The notes under the pieces: model-generated
Database searches by the model: none
The model's input: the letters and a program-made list of their open reading frames with translations, nothing else
What the model was told of the DNA's origin: nothing
Shown here: positions 26,830 to 39,198 of the stretch, piece after piece
Layout: each line of letters begins with the position of its first letter
Position numbering within the stretch: the first letter of the stretch is position 1
NCBI GenBank assembly: GCA_051453625.1
Contig: JBOZIK010000001.1
Coordinates: 5,979,688-6,020,218 of the forward strand
DNA length: 40,531 nt
DNA from: Welwitschia mirabilis
Lineage: Eukaryota
Direction of reading: 5' to 3'
Made by a program: the position numbers and the translations under genes

Positions 26830-29800
26830 AATGGTAATGTTTAAGATGATATTCATTGACTTTGAATTGTTGGTAATCTTCAGTGTTTTCAATGAGAAAT
26901 AAACCATTTGATAAAACTTTTTTTAATTAGAAATAAACTTTGCCACTTAGAAACTAGCTTTCTTGGGAATAAATATAATTTTGAATTATAAATTAAAACT
27001 AGTTTTTCTTTTTGAAATGTTTTCCTAAGGATGGTTTTATTGTGAAAATTTAACATCCTTTCTTTATTAATTTTCATGTTTTCATAGGTGTCGTTCCTGA
27101 TTTTATCTAGCTCATTAAGTTGCATGACCATTTTTTCCCTTACTACCTCTAGATCTAAGTTCATGTTTTTAATCTTGTAATATGCTTTATGTTTGAGATT
27201 GATTAGTAGATAATAATATTTTCTATAGGATGATCTAAATGAAAAATTTTCTAAAGATGTCTTGTAAGCTATCCGATAGGCTCATAAGACATCATTAAGT
27301 TTAAAATATTAATATTTTTTAGTTGATTTTAATACCTTTTACAAAATGTTTGTAATTTCTCTATTTGTAACCTTAACTTAATTGCTAATTTAGCAATGGT
27401 AAAGTGTTGTAACTTTATAACACCATACTTAGCAAGAAGATTATTAAACATTCCATTGCAAAAATGATTTCTTCCACTAATAATCAAAACTCGAGGATAA
27501 TTAAATTTCATTAAGATGTTTTCCTTAAATAATTTCACCACTATTTAAGAATTATTAGATTAACATTTGCATGCTTCTATCCATTTAGTAACATAAGAAT
27601 GCAAATAATAATATACTGATGCCCATTTGAGGAAGGATATGGACCTTGAAAATCAATACCCCGAATATTAAAGGGTTCAATGATTAGAATAGGATTTAGA
27701 AGAGTCATATGATTTTGTAAAATACTACTAAATTTTTGAAAATTTTCACATGTTTTGCAATAGATGTAAGAGGTCTTAAGGATGGACGATCAATAAAAAC
27801 TAAGTTGTAAAATTTTTGTGGTAGTTTTATTAGCAGAATGATGGACATCATAAGCATTAAAATGATAATGCTTAAGAATGTCATGAATTTCATATTGAAA
27901 AATAAATTTACAGATGACCTAATATGGTTAATACTTAAATAAATAAGGACTATTCTAAAAGAAGTATTTAGCCTAGTGTAAGAATCATTTTCTATCATTA
28001 AATATTTAGTGAGAGGGAATAACATTAAAAACTAAGTAGCTTGCAATATCAACAAACCAAGGTATTTCTAAAACTAAGAAGATGTATTTATTAGGAAAAG
28101 TATCATCAATGGAAAGGGATGTTTGTATGTTCTCCTAACTTATTATAAGGAAGAGTCTGCAACTACATTATTAAAACACTTTTTATCCTTAATTTCTATA
28201 TCAAACTCTTGCAAAAGCAGGATCCTTATGATTAATCTAGGATTTAAATACTTTTTAATGAATAGGTATCTATGGATAAGTGGTCTATGTAGATAATTAT
28301 CTTATATTCTAATAAATATTACTTGGATCTTTTTAAGACAAAGACTATGGTAAGGATATCTTTTTCTATGATGGTGTAGTTCATTTAAGTATTACTTAGG
28401 ATTTTACTAACATTATATATTATAATTGATTTTCCTTCTATACTTTATCTTAAAATAGCTTTAACTACATAACCACTAGTATTGCACATAAGTTCAAAGT
28501 GTGACTTCTAATTAGATAGTTAAAGATAAGAGTAAAGGTAAGTCTTTTTTCTAATTTCATCAAAAGTGTGTTAGCACTTAAGGATCTAATAAAAAAAGGC
28601 ATATTTTCTTATAAGGTTACACAATGACTTGGAGCTTTTACCAAAGCCTTTGATAAATACCTATAATGTCCTACATGTCCTAATAAGGATCTAATGTCTT
28701 GTTGCTTTTGTGAAGTAGGTAGATGTATGATTAGAGAAACTTTTATAAGGTTTTCTTGAATTTCTTTTAAAGAGATAAGTATCCTAAGACTATGTTTTTA
28801 TTAACCATAAAATGACATTTTTCCTAATTAAGAACAAGTTGTTTTTCTATACATTATTTAAGGATAAGCTCTAAGTTGTAAAGATAATGGTTCAAAAAGG
28901 CCTCATAGATAGATAAATCATCCATAAATATTTCAATATATGAGTCTAATAAATTAGATAAATTTCCTATTATGCAATGTTAAAATGTAGTGGGTGTATT
29001 GCATAACCCTAAAGGTATTCTTTCATGAGTAAAAGTTTTGTATGGACAGGTGAAAGTGGTTTTATATTAGTGATCAAGGGGATGATTTCTATTTATTTGT
29101 ACTCTAAATACACGTATAAAAAGAAGAAACATGAATGTCTCACAAGTTATTCTAAGATTCAATTAGAAAATTGAAGAGGAAATGATCCTCTCTTAAGATG
29201 GTGTTTACCTTTCTATAATCTTTTTACCTTTCTAGTGGGGATGATTTCATTGTTTCACTTGGAATTAGTGTAATTTTAAATTTCATTTCTGCTATTAAAT
29301 TGAACATATCTATTTACTATCTAAAATGGGGTAGATGATTCCATTATCTAAGAGTTTAATTACTTCATTGTTGACTACCTCTTTTAAGATCGAATTTATT
29401 CTTCATTGAGCTACTATGGATGGCTTAGCATTTTTTGCTAAGTAAGGTGATGTATAAAAATAATAAGATCAATGCTTCTAATATCAAAAAGAGTCAATCT
29501 TATTGCTTACCTATGTTTCCTTAAGAAGTTTAGTATCTTAGTTTCTTAGGATGTTGATAAGGAATAATTGATCACTACTAATAAGGTGGAATTTTTTTTA
29601 AAGAAAGAATATTTAAGATATTTTAGAATAATCTTAAGTTCAAAGAGGGCTGCATTACTCTAAGGCATCATTATTATAAAGGTAAGTGAAGAATTCTTGG
29701 TTGTCTAAAAGACATTCTATCCTATCTACATGTTCCACTCCATCATCATTAGAAGGCAATGTCATGGCATCAAAAAAATATAGTCCTATCATCATATTTT

Positions 29801-32560
29801 CAAAGGATATTTTCATTAACACATTCTTGAAATTAATTAAGGCATTTTAGGTTTCTAGGAATGTTATTCTTAAAATAATTTATACTGAATACTTTGTTGT
29901 ATTTTCCATGTCAAAAACCACAAAATTCACTAGGAAGTACTAGCTATCTACTTTAACAATGACATTCTTAATAACTACTAATGAGGTTTTTATAGAATTA
30001 TTAGTGAGATAGAGTTTGAGTTTTATGTTTTTAAGCTCTGCTAATCCTAATTCTTTGTAGGTTCCATAAGGAAGCAATTTTATACTATCTTCTAAGTCTA
30101 ATAAGGCTTAATTAAGTTTCTTATTTCTTAAGGTAATGAAAATTTTAGGCATCTATAATCCTTGTATGTGGGAGGAAATTGGTTTTGAAGGCTTGCACTT
30201 GTTTGTTATTCTAAAAAGGATTTAACCTTTATTTTCATGCATCTTTTTCTTTTAGGAAATTTGTATAGAAATGGATTTTCTTAATACCTTTTAAAAGGGG
30301 AATATTTATTTAAACTTCTCTAAATATTTTTAAGACCTCTAATTATTTTTTATAATATTTTACTTCTTAAGTTATTGGGAAAAAAGTAAAAGCACGTATA
30401 AATGGGCAAGGATTATTCTATTGCTTCATACATTTCCTTGTTATTTATGGAAGTTGGTTTTTCCTTGCTCTTATTTTACATAGGTGGATTATCTCATTAT
30501 TTTGAATTCTTAAAGAAAATGAACTTGGTTTCTTCTAGGTGTATGAATCCTACTCCTTTTTTGAACCTAATCCCTTTTGGATTTGACTATGAGCTTATTA
30601 GAAGTTCACCTAGTGCTCTTTGATTGGTGAAGAAAGAATGTGAGTTTGGGTTTGTTGTAGTTTTTGAATGATTTTTCAAGATTTTTAAAAAAGAAGACCT
30701 ATTGTTTAATATTTTATTCATGATCATGATTTAGCTGGATTTTGGTTTTCATACATTTCTCTAAATATTCCTCCAAAGGGAATGATGAAGATGGTTTTTG
30801 ATAGTTTAATGGAAATAGATAGAAGGATGATGAGGAAAACGAATTTCTTGATTTATTATTTTGATTATATCAATTATATTATGTCTAAGAAACATTAGGA
30901 TGATTCCTCCACCTAAGGTTATAGGTGTTAAATAAGAGTCATTCCTTTAGCTTTGTCACTAGTGTTCTACTACATTGACTTATTCATTTATAGTGTACTA
31001 AAATAAGGAAATGGATGGATACTTGGATATTTCATGGTTGTCTATTTGGTAAATTAGCCATTTAGGTTTAGGAGACAAGGCTAAAGATGAGATGGATAAT
31101 GATTTTATGCTTTTTACTAATTCATTTTGTCTTATGGCTAATGATGAAGTTATTAAATGATTTAAATACACTAGTGAACCTAATATATGGGGGAATATAT
31201 ATGCTTCATTAGAATTTTCCCAATTTTTGGAACTCTTAGCTATAGTTTAAAGGTAGTTCCACACTTCATCTAATGGTATACTAAGAAAACTACTCCTTCT
31301 CATAATTTCAACTAGTTACCTATTATTAGTGAACAACCCATTATAAAAGAAATTATTTTTTCTTCCTATCTTAAATCTNNNNNNNNNNNNNNNNNNNNNN
31401 NNNNNNNNNNNNNNNNNNNNNNNNNNNNNNNNNNNNNNNNNNNNNNNNNNNNNNNNNNNNNNNNNNNNNNNNNNNNNNNNNNNNNNNNNNNNNNNNNNNN
31501 NNNNNNNNNNNNNNNNNNNNNNNNNNNNNNNNNNNNNNNNNNNNNNNNNNNNNNNNNNNNNNNNNNNNNNNNNNNNNNNNNNNNNNNNNNNNNNNNNNNN
31601 NNNNNNNNNNNNNNNNNNNNNNNNNNNNNNNNNNNNNNNNNNNNNNNNNNNNNNNNNNNNNNNNNNNNNNNNNNNNNNNNNNNNNNNNNNNNNNNNNNNN
31701 NNNNNNNNNNNNNNNNNNNNNNNNNNNNNNNNNNNNNNNNNNNNNNNNNNNNNNNNNNNNNNNNNNNNNNNNNNNNNNNNNNNNNNNNNNNNNNNNNNNN
31801 NNNNNNNNNNNNNNNNNNNNNNNNNNNNNNNNNNNNNNNNNNNNNNNNNNNNNNNNNNNNNNNNNNNNNNNNNNNNNNNNNNNNNNNNNNNNNNNNNNNN
31901 NNNNNNNNNNNNNNNNNNNNNNNNNNNNNNNNNNNNNNNNNNNNNNNNNNNNNNNNNNNNNNNNNNNNNNNNNNNNNNNNNNNNNNNNNNNNNNNNNNNN
32001 NNNNNNNNNNNNNNNNNNNNNNNNNNNNNNNNNNNNNNNNNNNNNNNNNNNNNNNNNNNNNNNNNNNNNNNNNNNNNNNNNNNNNNNNNNNNNNNNNNNN
32101 NNNNNAAAATATCTCATGATCTTTTTGATAATAGTTCATTATATCATATCTCAAGGAATTTGTTTTATGATTTAGAAAAAATCTAAATATAAGGGCCTTA
32201 TTTAAATTAGACTAGAATATAATGGATAAGGGCTTGAGGGAATATAGTCATGATTTCACCTTCTCTTCTAAGGAAAATGGAAGTAGAGTGAGTTTGTAAA
32301 GTTGTCATAAGTATTTGAATACTAAGGTATAACTAAAAACACACATTTGAATTCCTTAAGATGCAAGTATGGATTCTTAGATTCTAAACCATGGAAGTGA
32401 AGTAAAATCTAGATGGTAGATACTTTGAATTTTAATCTTTGATTTGTAGATGTTTGTACTATGCATGAATGGATTCTTTATCCTTGAGATTAAAGGTAAT
32501 CACAAAGGGTCTACTTAGGTGGGTTGTTGATTACATTATTTTGATTTTTGGCTATTTTGA
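26830..32560 (-). pseudogene. gag-pol pseudogene of element B
   Basis: gag FHGLESKNPYLHLKEF (~32400-32350), FFYNGL (~31350), NTYNLRWRNHPN (~30930-30895); protease ALLDLEDSIKLLPY (~30107-30066); RT KTTFTCPY..P.GLCNTPTTF and FMDD (28928-28917); RNase H PRLI.RILLLQEFDIEIKDK (~28241-28182); integrase GIDFQGPYPSS, ORFs 27329-27541 and 26889-27164, FKVNEYHLKHY. Many stops and frameshifts. Confidence 0.95.
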
Positions 32561-33319
32561 TTTTTGGCTATATCTTAACTAAGGAATAAGGTAATTAATT
32601 GGTTGAATATTTCTTGTTTTAACAATGGTCTATTAAAGGAAAATCTGAAACTAGATTGAGCATTTAATTTTTTTGTTGAAATAAGGAGGCTTATTTTCTT
32701 TGATTCTTATCATGGGGTTGGTTTTTCTATGGGATTTTATACTTTTATTTACTAATGAGGCTCATATTAAAGGGGTTTCTAATCAATCTACTTAACTTAT
32801 CCTAAATCTAAGACATGTTAGAACAAAATAGATTTCAAAAAAATTCTAAAAATGTTTCAAATATAGCCTAAATGACAGAAGGATTTCTAAGTTTTAACAA
32901 AGATTACAAGAAATGGTTCAAAATGTTTTACTTAAGAAAGAGAGTGGTGTCAATTAGTAAAGGTATAAACTCTAGTTAAGTTATGAGTTTCAAACTTAAA
33001 AAAATTATAATGGTTTACAAAAATCTCATAGAGTAATTAATATGACAGGATCACAGAAAAATGTAATAAAAATAAAAATGGCAGTGTACTTGAAACTAAT
33101 CTTAACAAAATATTTTTTTAGTATTTTTATGATAATAAACTCATAGAATATAGGAAATGAAATTTTAAATTACTAAATTAAAAAACATAAGAAATAATAG
33201 AAAAAATTCAATATGAATTAAATTTAAGTTTTTTCATCCATTAATCACAACCTATAAAAACCCTAATATACCTATTAAACAAAACAAGCTAGAGTAGAAA
33301 AACATTAGAAAATTAAAGC

Positions 33320-33880
33320 TAGATCAATTTGAGTATCACTAGAAATGAAATTACCAGTGATAACCACTAGAAAAAATGGAAAAAGAAGTAATCAAACAAA
33401 AGAAAACTCAAAACAAGGCTAGTTTGAGTATCATTAGAAATGACAAGTACCCATCATTAAAAAACAAAAACTAAACTAAAAACTTATAAGANNNNNNNNN
33501 NNNNNNNNNNNNNNNNNNNNNNNNNNNNNNNNNNNNNNNNNNNNNNNNNNNNNNNNNNNNNNNNNNNNNNNNNNNNNNNNNNNNNNNNNNNTGCACTAAA
33601 AAAAAATGAAAACCTAAATTAACAAAATGTAGAAAATAAAAACATGTAAAGTGTTTTACTTTTTAGTTTTTTACATTTACTTATAACATGTAAAAGCCTA
33701 TTAGATCTATAATACAAATTATGTTAGAGAAAAAAATAAAGCAAATTCAAAATTAGACTAGTTTGGATATTACTAGAAATGACTAGTGCTAACCACTAGA
33801 AAAAAAAGAGAAAACAAATAAAAAGAAGAAACAAGACTAGTTCTAATATCACCGAAAAGGACTAGTACCCATGACTAAGA
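33320..33880. repeat. Four copies of a ~35-bp motif in the 5' UTR of element B, arranged as two pairs
   Basis: Consensus ctagtttgagtatcactagaaatgactagt at ~33325, 33419, 33758 and 33837. Confidence 0.8.
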
Positions 33881-33939
33881 AAATATAATCTTGTAATAAA
33901 GTAAAATTTCTGGTATTTTTGAGAATATATTAGGTCATT

Positions 33940-33961
33940 ATCCCTAACAATAATACCAAAA
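33940..33961 (-). promoter_or_regulatory. Primer-binding site of element B (tRNA-Asp type, decayed)
   Basis: Minus strand CA-ttt-TGGTATTATTGTTAGGGAT versus TGGCGCCGTTGCCGGGGAT; all 8 differences are C>T or G>A. Confidence 0.85.
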
Positions 33962-34837
33962 TGTATTTATTTGGTTATAATAAACTAGATTTAAATTGAG
34001 TTAATACTTAATATTATTCTCTTCATAGGGATAATTAAGGTAGGTTTACAAAAATTGCACAACTCTTGCTTAACTTGCAAGTTGTAATTAAATAAAGGTA
34101 AAATAAAGAGAGCTAAGAATATTGTTATAAAACTTCATTAAAAAGGTAGAAAAGTAAGTAAGCTCCAAGTTTTCACTCAGATTGTCACTAACAATTGTTC
34201 ACTCCCATGATATTCTATAATTTTCTTCAAATACACTTCAAAGTATTAAGTAATAATGGCTTAGGTTATAGTGACATAACTTCATTTACCATATAAATAT
34301 TGGTAAACTCAATATCCACTTGATCCTTCATAGCCTTAAAATAAGAATAAATAGTAAATACCTAAGTTACTTAAAATACATCAAATTAAAGAAAACTTAG
34401 ATCAAGTAATTATAGAATCAATTTAAATGGCAAAGTAAATTGATACTAAAGTTGTTACTAAAACATTAAAAGTCTAAAGTGATTTATGACTTAAAATCAA
34501 AAGAATACAACTACTGTGTATTAAATTAACAAAGGCACATTATATCAAAGGAAGAAGAAAGCTAGAAAGAACTCCTTAAGATATCCATAAATAAAGTTAA
34601 CTTCTTAATGAGAGTATTTAGAATGCCATGTTGATTTAATACTTTAAAGGTTCTATTATTTTTTTAAAATGACAAATGTTACAAATGAGGGTTCAATGGC
34701 CTTTTATAAACAAGTATGGAATGAGGGGTGATTATAAGACTTTGTCTTGTAGCATTATATGAGTAGTTACAAAATATGATATGTAGCATTTTATTATCTT
34801 GCATTAGGTAGAAGTCATCATGACAAGATCAATGTAG
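33962..34837 (-). repeat. 5' LTR of element B (partial)
   Basis: Collinear with 23987-24845 until ~34835, where the LTR of element C begins; TATAAAA at 34708-34702. Confidence 0.9.
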
Positions 34838-36698
34838 TGATGTCAATTTATGGGAATGTGATAATGTATTTTTAGTACTTTTGCAGGACATTCATACACG
34901 TTTTTAATGTAATATTGATGATTATTTAGATCTGATAGGATGATTAGTAAAACATGTGATACTTACCATTTTTGACAATTTCTCGAGCTTGTTCTGATAC
35001 TATAGATTTGAAATAAGGACTTTATGATGCAAAAGATTAACTTACCTTGGAGAAAGGAGTAAAGGAAAACTGTCATCCCCTCAGTCATTTCCNNNNNNNN
35101 NNNNNNNNNNNNNNNNNNNNNNNNNNNNNNNNNNNNNNNNNNNNNNNNNNNNNNNNNNNNNNNNNNNNNNNNNNNNNNNNNNNNNNNNNNNNNNNNNNNN
35201 NNNNNNNNNNNNNNNNNNNNNNNNNNNNNNNNNNNNNNNNNNNNNNNNNNNNNNNNNNNNNNNNNNNNNNNNNNNNNNNNNNNNNNNNNNNNNNNNNNNN
35301 NNNNNNNNNNNNNNNNNNNNNNNNNNNNNNNNNNNNNNNNNNNNNNNNNNNNNNNNNNNNNNNNNNNNNNNNNNNNNNNNNNNNNNNNNNNNNNNNNNNN
35401 NNNNNNNNNNNNNNNNNNNNNNNNNNNNNNNNNNNNNNNNNNNNNNNNNNNNNNNNNNNNNNNNNNNNNNNNNNNNNNNNNNNNNNNNNNNNNNNNNNNN
35501 NNNNNNNNNNNNNNNNNNNNNNNNNNNNNNNNNNNNNNNNNNNNNNNNNNNNNNNNNNNNNNNNNNNNNNNNNNNNNNNNNNNNNNNNNNNNNNNNNNNN
35601 NNNNNNNNNNNNNNNNNNNNNNNNNNNNNNNNNNNNNNNNNNNNNNNNNNNNNNNNNNNNNNNNNNNNNNNNNNNNNNNNNNNNNNNNNNNNNNNNNNNN
35701 NNNNNNNNNNNNNNNNNNNNNNNNNNNNNNNNNNNNNNNNNNNNNNNNNNNNNNNNNNNNNNNNNNNNNNNNNNNNNNNNNNNNNNNNNNNNNNNNNNNN
35801 NNNNNNNNNNNNNNNNNNNNNNNNNNNNNNNNNNNNNNNNNNNNNNNNNNNNNNNNNNNNNNNNNNNNNNNNNNNNNNNNNNNNNNNNNNNNNNNNNNNN
35901 NNNNNNACCTTTAGGATTTTGCCTGTAAATCCTTAAGTAAAAAACTATAAATACCCTTTCCCTCCTTTATTTTTAGTTCATCTTTTATAGTTGATATGCT
36001 TGTGACAGAATCTTGAATGTAAGAGATCCATCCTATGCTATAGAAAGGAGTCTTCTTAGTGTTAGGCTGTGTCTCTTTTATCGTGGTGCTATTGTTCTGA
36101 TTGTAAGTTGATGTTGTCCTAATTTCTCTTTATATTAATATAATTTCCTCTTTTATTCTAATATTTTGAATGTACCTTATGGTTTAAGTTAGTCATAGTT
36201 AAGTCACAACCTGTGATTTATTTAGATGATAAGAATAACCTTTATTAAGGTTGACCTTGATTAGTAGTAGTAGATTTGCATTGTACTTCATTTCATTTCA
36301 TATCACATATGGCATATTCTTACTTGGATAGATGTTATAGTTTATGTTGGTTAAGAACTATTAGATGTCTTCTTAATTGATATAAGTTATAGAGAAAGTA
36401 GTCTTTATGATAAAAAGACTAGGATCTAAGTAGGATCTATTTCTATTTCCATTTCCATTCATTTTCATTTCATCTCCATTTAGCATTGCATTCACTTGTT
36501 TATTACTTTCAGTTTTTATAAGATAAAAAGACTAAAAATACTTTGAAAAATCAATTTTATAACTTTAAGCCTAGTGCTTTCATTTGATTACAACATTTGA
36601 GTGAACTCCGATCTATACTAGTATGTGTTTTTTACAAATTATATGATTTACAGGTTTACCTAAAGGACTTCCAAAGTGCATAATTTCACACTCAAACA
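34838..36698 (+). repeat. 5' LTR of element C (contains an N gap)
   Basis: Begins TGATG exactly where B-LTR homology stops; TATAAATA at 35946-35953; ends aaaCA before the PBS; similar to the LTR of A. Confidence 0.75.
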
Positions 36699-36720
36699 TT
36701 TTAGTGCCATTGCTAGAGAA
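36699..36720 (+). promoter_or_regulatory. Primer-binding site of element C (tRNA-Asp type, decayed)
   Basis: ttt-TAGTGCCATTGCTAGAGA versus TGGCGCCGTTGCCGGGGA; followed by aggc as in element A. Confidence 0.8.
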
Positions 36721-37419
36721 GGCAACAAGGAGCTAAGAGCATTGTTACTAATCAGATATGTACCTTGAATCTTCTGTTTAGGTTATTTATTTAAGTTAGT
36801 ACTATATTTTTCTAGCTTAGGTTAAAGTAGGTTTATTTCTAAAACTTCATTTTCTATNNNNNNNNNNNNNNNNNNNNNNNNNNNNNNNNNNNNNNNNNNN
36901 NNNNNNNNNNNNNNNNNNNNNNNNNNNNNNNNNNNNNNNNNNNNNNNNNNNNNNNNNGGATGTTACTAATCAGATATATACCTTGAATCTTCTGTTTAGA
37001 TTATTTATTTAAGTTGGTACTATATTTTTCTAGCTTAGGTTAAAGTAGATTTATTTCTATAACTTCATTTTCTATGATTTTTCTCTATTTTTCTTAATAA
37101 TAATTATCATCTTGTTTTTCATCCCCATGACCTAAGAGGATGACAATCTAAAATTTTTTTTGCATTTTCACATTTTTCCAATTTTCTTTTCCATAAAATA
37201 AATTTCTTGTCATTCTTTTTGTTGTCCACATGATAGCCTAGATGATAGTCTGCATTTTTTCTATAGCTTTTGTAATTTCGGATTTTTCATTTACTGTGAT
37301 CATCATCCTGCTTATCGTCCCCATGACTAGGCAAAAAATGATCTATTATTCTTGTTTTCTCTATTTTGTTAGTTGTTTAAGCATTCAGGGATATGGTGAA
37401 TTCTGGTAAGAAGACAAAA

Positions 37420-37936
37420 TATCAGAGAGAATAGAACTTGATTGAAGAAAATATTAAAGAGGGATTATTTGACTTCGAACTCAATCTAGATATGCACACC
37501 CTAGGTACACAAATTTCTAGAATTAAATAAGAAGATTTTTTTTTGCTTTTATTATTTCAGAATGAGATTTTATAAAAGAAAATTATAGTGTAGAAGGCGA
37601 TCATATTGTTTATTCAAAAATGTCCAATTTTTAGAAAGAATCACAAAAACAAAAGCAAGTTGCTTCTTCTAATACTCTGATCGTAATAGGAACTTCTTAT
37701 TTGAATGAGATTACTCTTAGGGATTTAATCGCTAATAGAAAATGTGAATTCAAAATCTTTTTGATTTAACTCCTAGAGACGATGTAGAATTAAGGAATTT
37801 AAGTGCTTATTTAACTTTTTTAGGGGAACCATAAGAAGATCCTTTTTAACATCTAGCTGACATAGAGCAACTTGTGCTTACATCAAGAAATGGAAAAAAA
37901 CATGTTAGTGATCTTACTTACATGATTATTTTTCTA
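37420..37936 (+). pseudogene. gag N-terminal remnant of element C
   Basis: DDVELRNLSAYLTFLGEP*EDPF*HLADIEQLVLTSRN versus element A DDVELKNLNAYLVFNDKYDENSFQHIIDIEQLILRSRN. Confidence 0.8.
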
Positions 37937-38209
37937 NNNNNNNNNNNNNNNNNNNNNNNNNNNNNNNNNNNNNNNNNNNNNNNNNNNNNNNNNNNNNNNN
38001 NNNNNNNNNNNNNNNNNNNNNNNNNNNNNNNNNNNNNNNNNNNNNNNNNNNNNNNNNNNNNNNNNNNNNNNNNNNNNNNNNNNNNNNNNNNNNNNNNNNN
38101 NNNNNNNNNNNNNNNNNNNNNNNNNNNNNNNNNNNNNNNNNNNNNNNNNNNNNNNNNNNNNNNNNNNNNNNNNNNNNNNNNNNNNNNNNNNNNNNNNNNN
38201 NNNNNNNNN

Positions 38210-38795
38210 ATTTAATAAATTTTTAAATCATGATAGATTAATACTAATGTATAAATAATAATTATTTAAAATTAATAAATATCAAAATCCTAATTTAAAC
38301 TTAAAATTTTAAAAATAATTTAAACATAATAAAAATTTAAATCTTAATATAAAAGACTCATTCATTACAATGACTCTGTAACTAATTAAATTTAAAGCAA
38401 AATCAATTCAAAATTATATTCAAAAAATTAATGCAAAAGTAATAATTTTAACAGATGTAAAAAATATTTATTTTAGATTAACTTACTTTGAAGGAAGGTA
38501 AAGAAATATTAATTTAAAAAAATTAATGTAAAATAAACTCCTTTATTACATTGACTCTATAATAAATTTAATTTAAAGTAAAATTAATGTAAAACTAATA
38601 TCCGAAAAAACCTAATGTATAAATAGTAATCTTTTTAAAAATAACAAATTTATAAAACTTAATGAAAACTTTATTTTAAAAAATTAATTTGAACTTAATA
38701 AATTTTTATATCTTAATAGATTAAAGATAATGTATAAATAATAATTATTAAAAAAATAAATTTTTAAAACTAATTTATTACTTAGGGCTAGATTA
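38210..38795. repeat. Very AT-rich diverged repeat array
   Basis: ttaataaattttta..atagattaa..taatgtataaataataattatt at ~38212 and ~38695; actc.tt.attaca.tgactct..aa..aatt.aatttaaag at ~38356 and ~38537. Confidence 0.75.
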
Positions 38796-39030
38796 TAATA
38801 ATTGATTAAGGAATCTATACTTTTAATCTAATTAACTTAAATAATTTGTTCATATTTTTATTTCTTTTACTATAATTTCTAAATAATTTCTTTTATATAT
38901 TAAATAGTCAAAGCATCAGAGAAGAAACTTTATAATTTTTATGAATTTGAGGCTATTTAGGAATTTGCCTAAGTTTAAGGGATTTTAAAACTGAAAGCGA
39001 TGTGTGTTGTAGGCAAGAGGGCTGGCATAC

Positions 39031-39100
39031 CTGATATCAATTGGAAGAAAAGACAGAATAATGTCAAGAACCAAAATGTGAAGCTACAGAGCCAAGACAT
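39031..39100 (-). CDS. Putative first coding exon segment encoding a signal-peptide-like N-terminus (MSWLCSFTFWFLTLFCLFFQLIS-G); downstream exons not found
   Basis: Within a predicted exon 39198-39031 bounded by acceptor TGCAG| and donor CAG|GTATGC (phase 1); hydrophobic 23-aa stretch; alternative in-frame ATG at 39169. Confidence 0.4.
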
Positions 39101-39198
39101 TTCACTAAGAGGAGCAGTTGCTTTCTTCCAAAATAAAGGGTTAAAACTTGAAAAAAGAAAATTTTGCATATCGAACGCATCTTGGAAGCTCCCAAAAC

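Larger units (their letters stand above)
23980..34837 (-). mobile_element. Element B: near-full-length decayed Athila-type Ty3/gypsy retrotransposon; 5' LTR interrupted by element C
   Basis: Paired LTRs, PBS, PPT and gag-PR-RT-RH-INT motifs in the expected order. Confidence 0.95.
34838..37936 (+). mobile_element. Element C: Athila-like element related to element A, nested in the LTR of B and truncated at a gap
   Basis: LTR, PBS and a gag start homologous to the reverse complement of ~2450-2920. Confidence 0.85.

Noticed and set aside
27705..28025. 106-aa ORF, the longest gap-free ORF
   Set aside because: Largely an out-of-frame reading of the integrase N-terminal region of element B.
33320..33880. 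CRISPR-like spaced ~35-bp repeats
   Set aside because: Diverged copies, irregular spacing, spacers similar to each other, no cas genes and a plant retroelement context.
2820..38215. Long ORFs in the track made mostly of X (e.g. 2820-3247, 31366-32154, 35047-35928)
   Set aside because: Artefacts of translating through N gaps.
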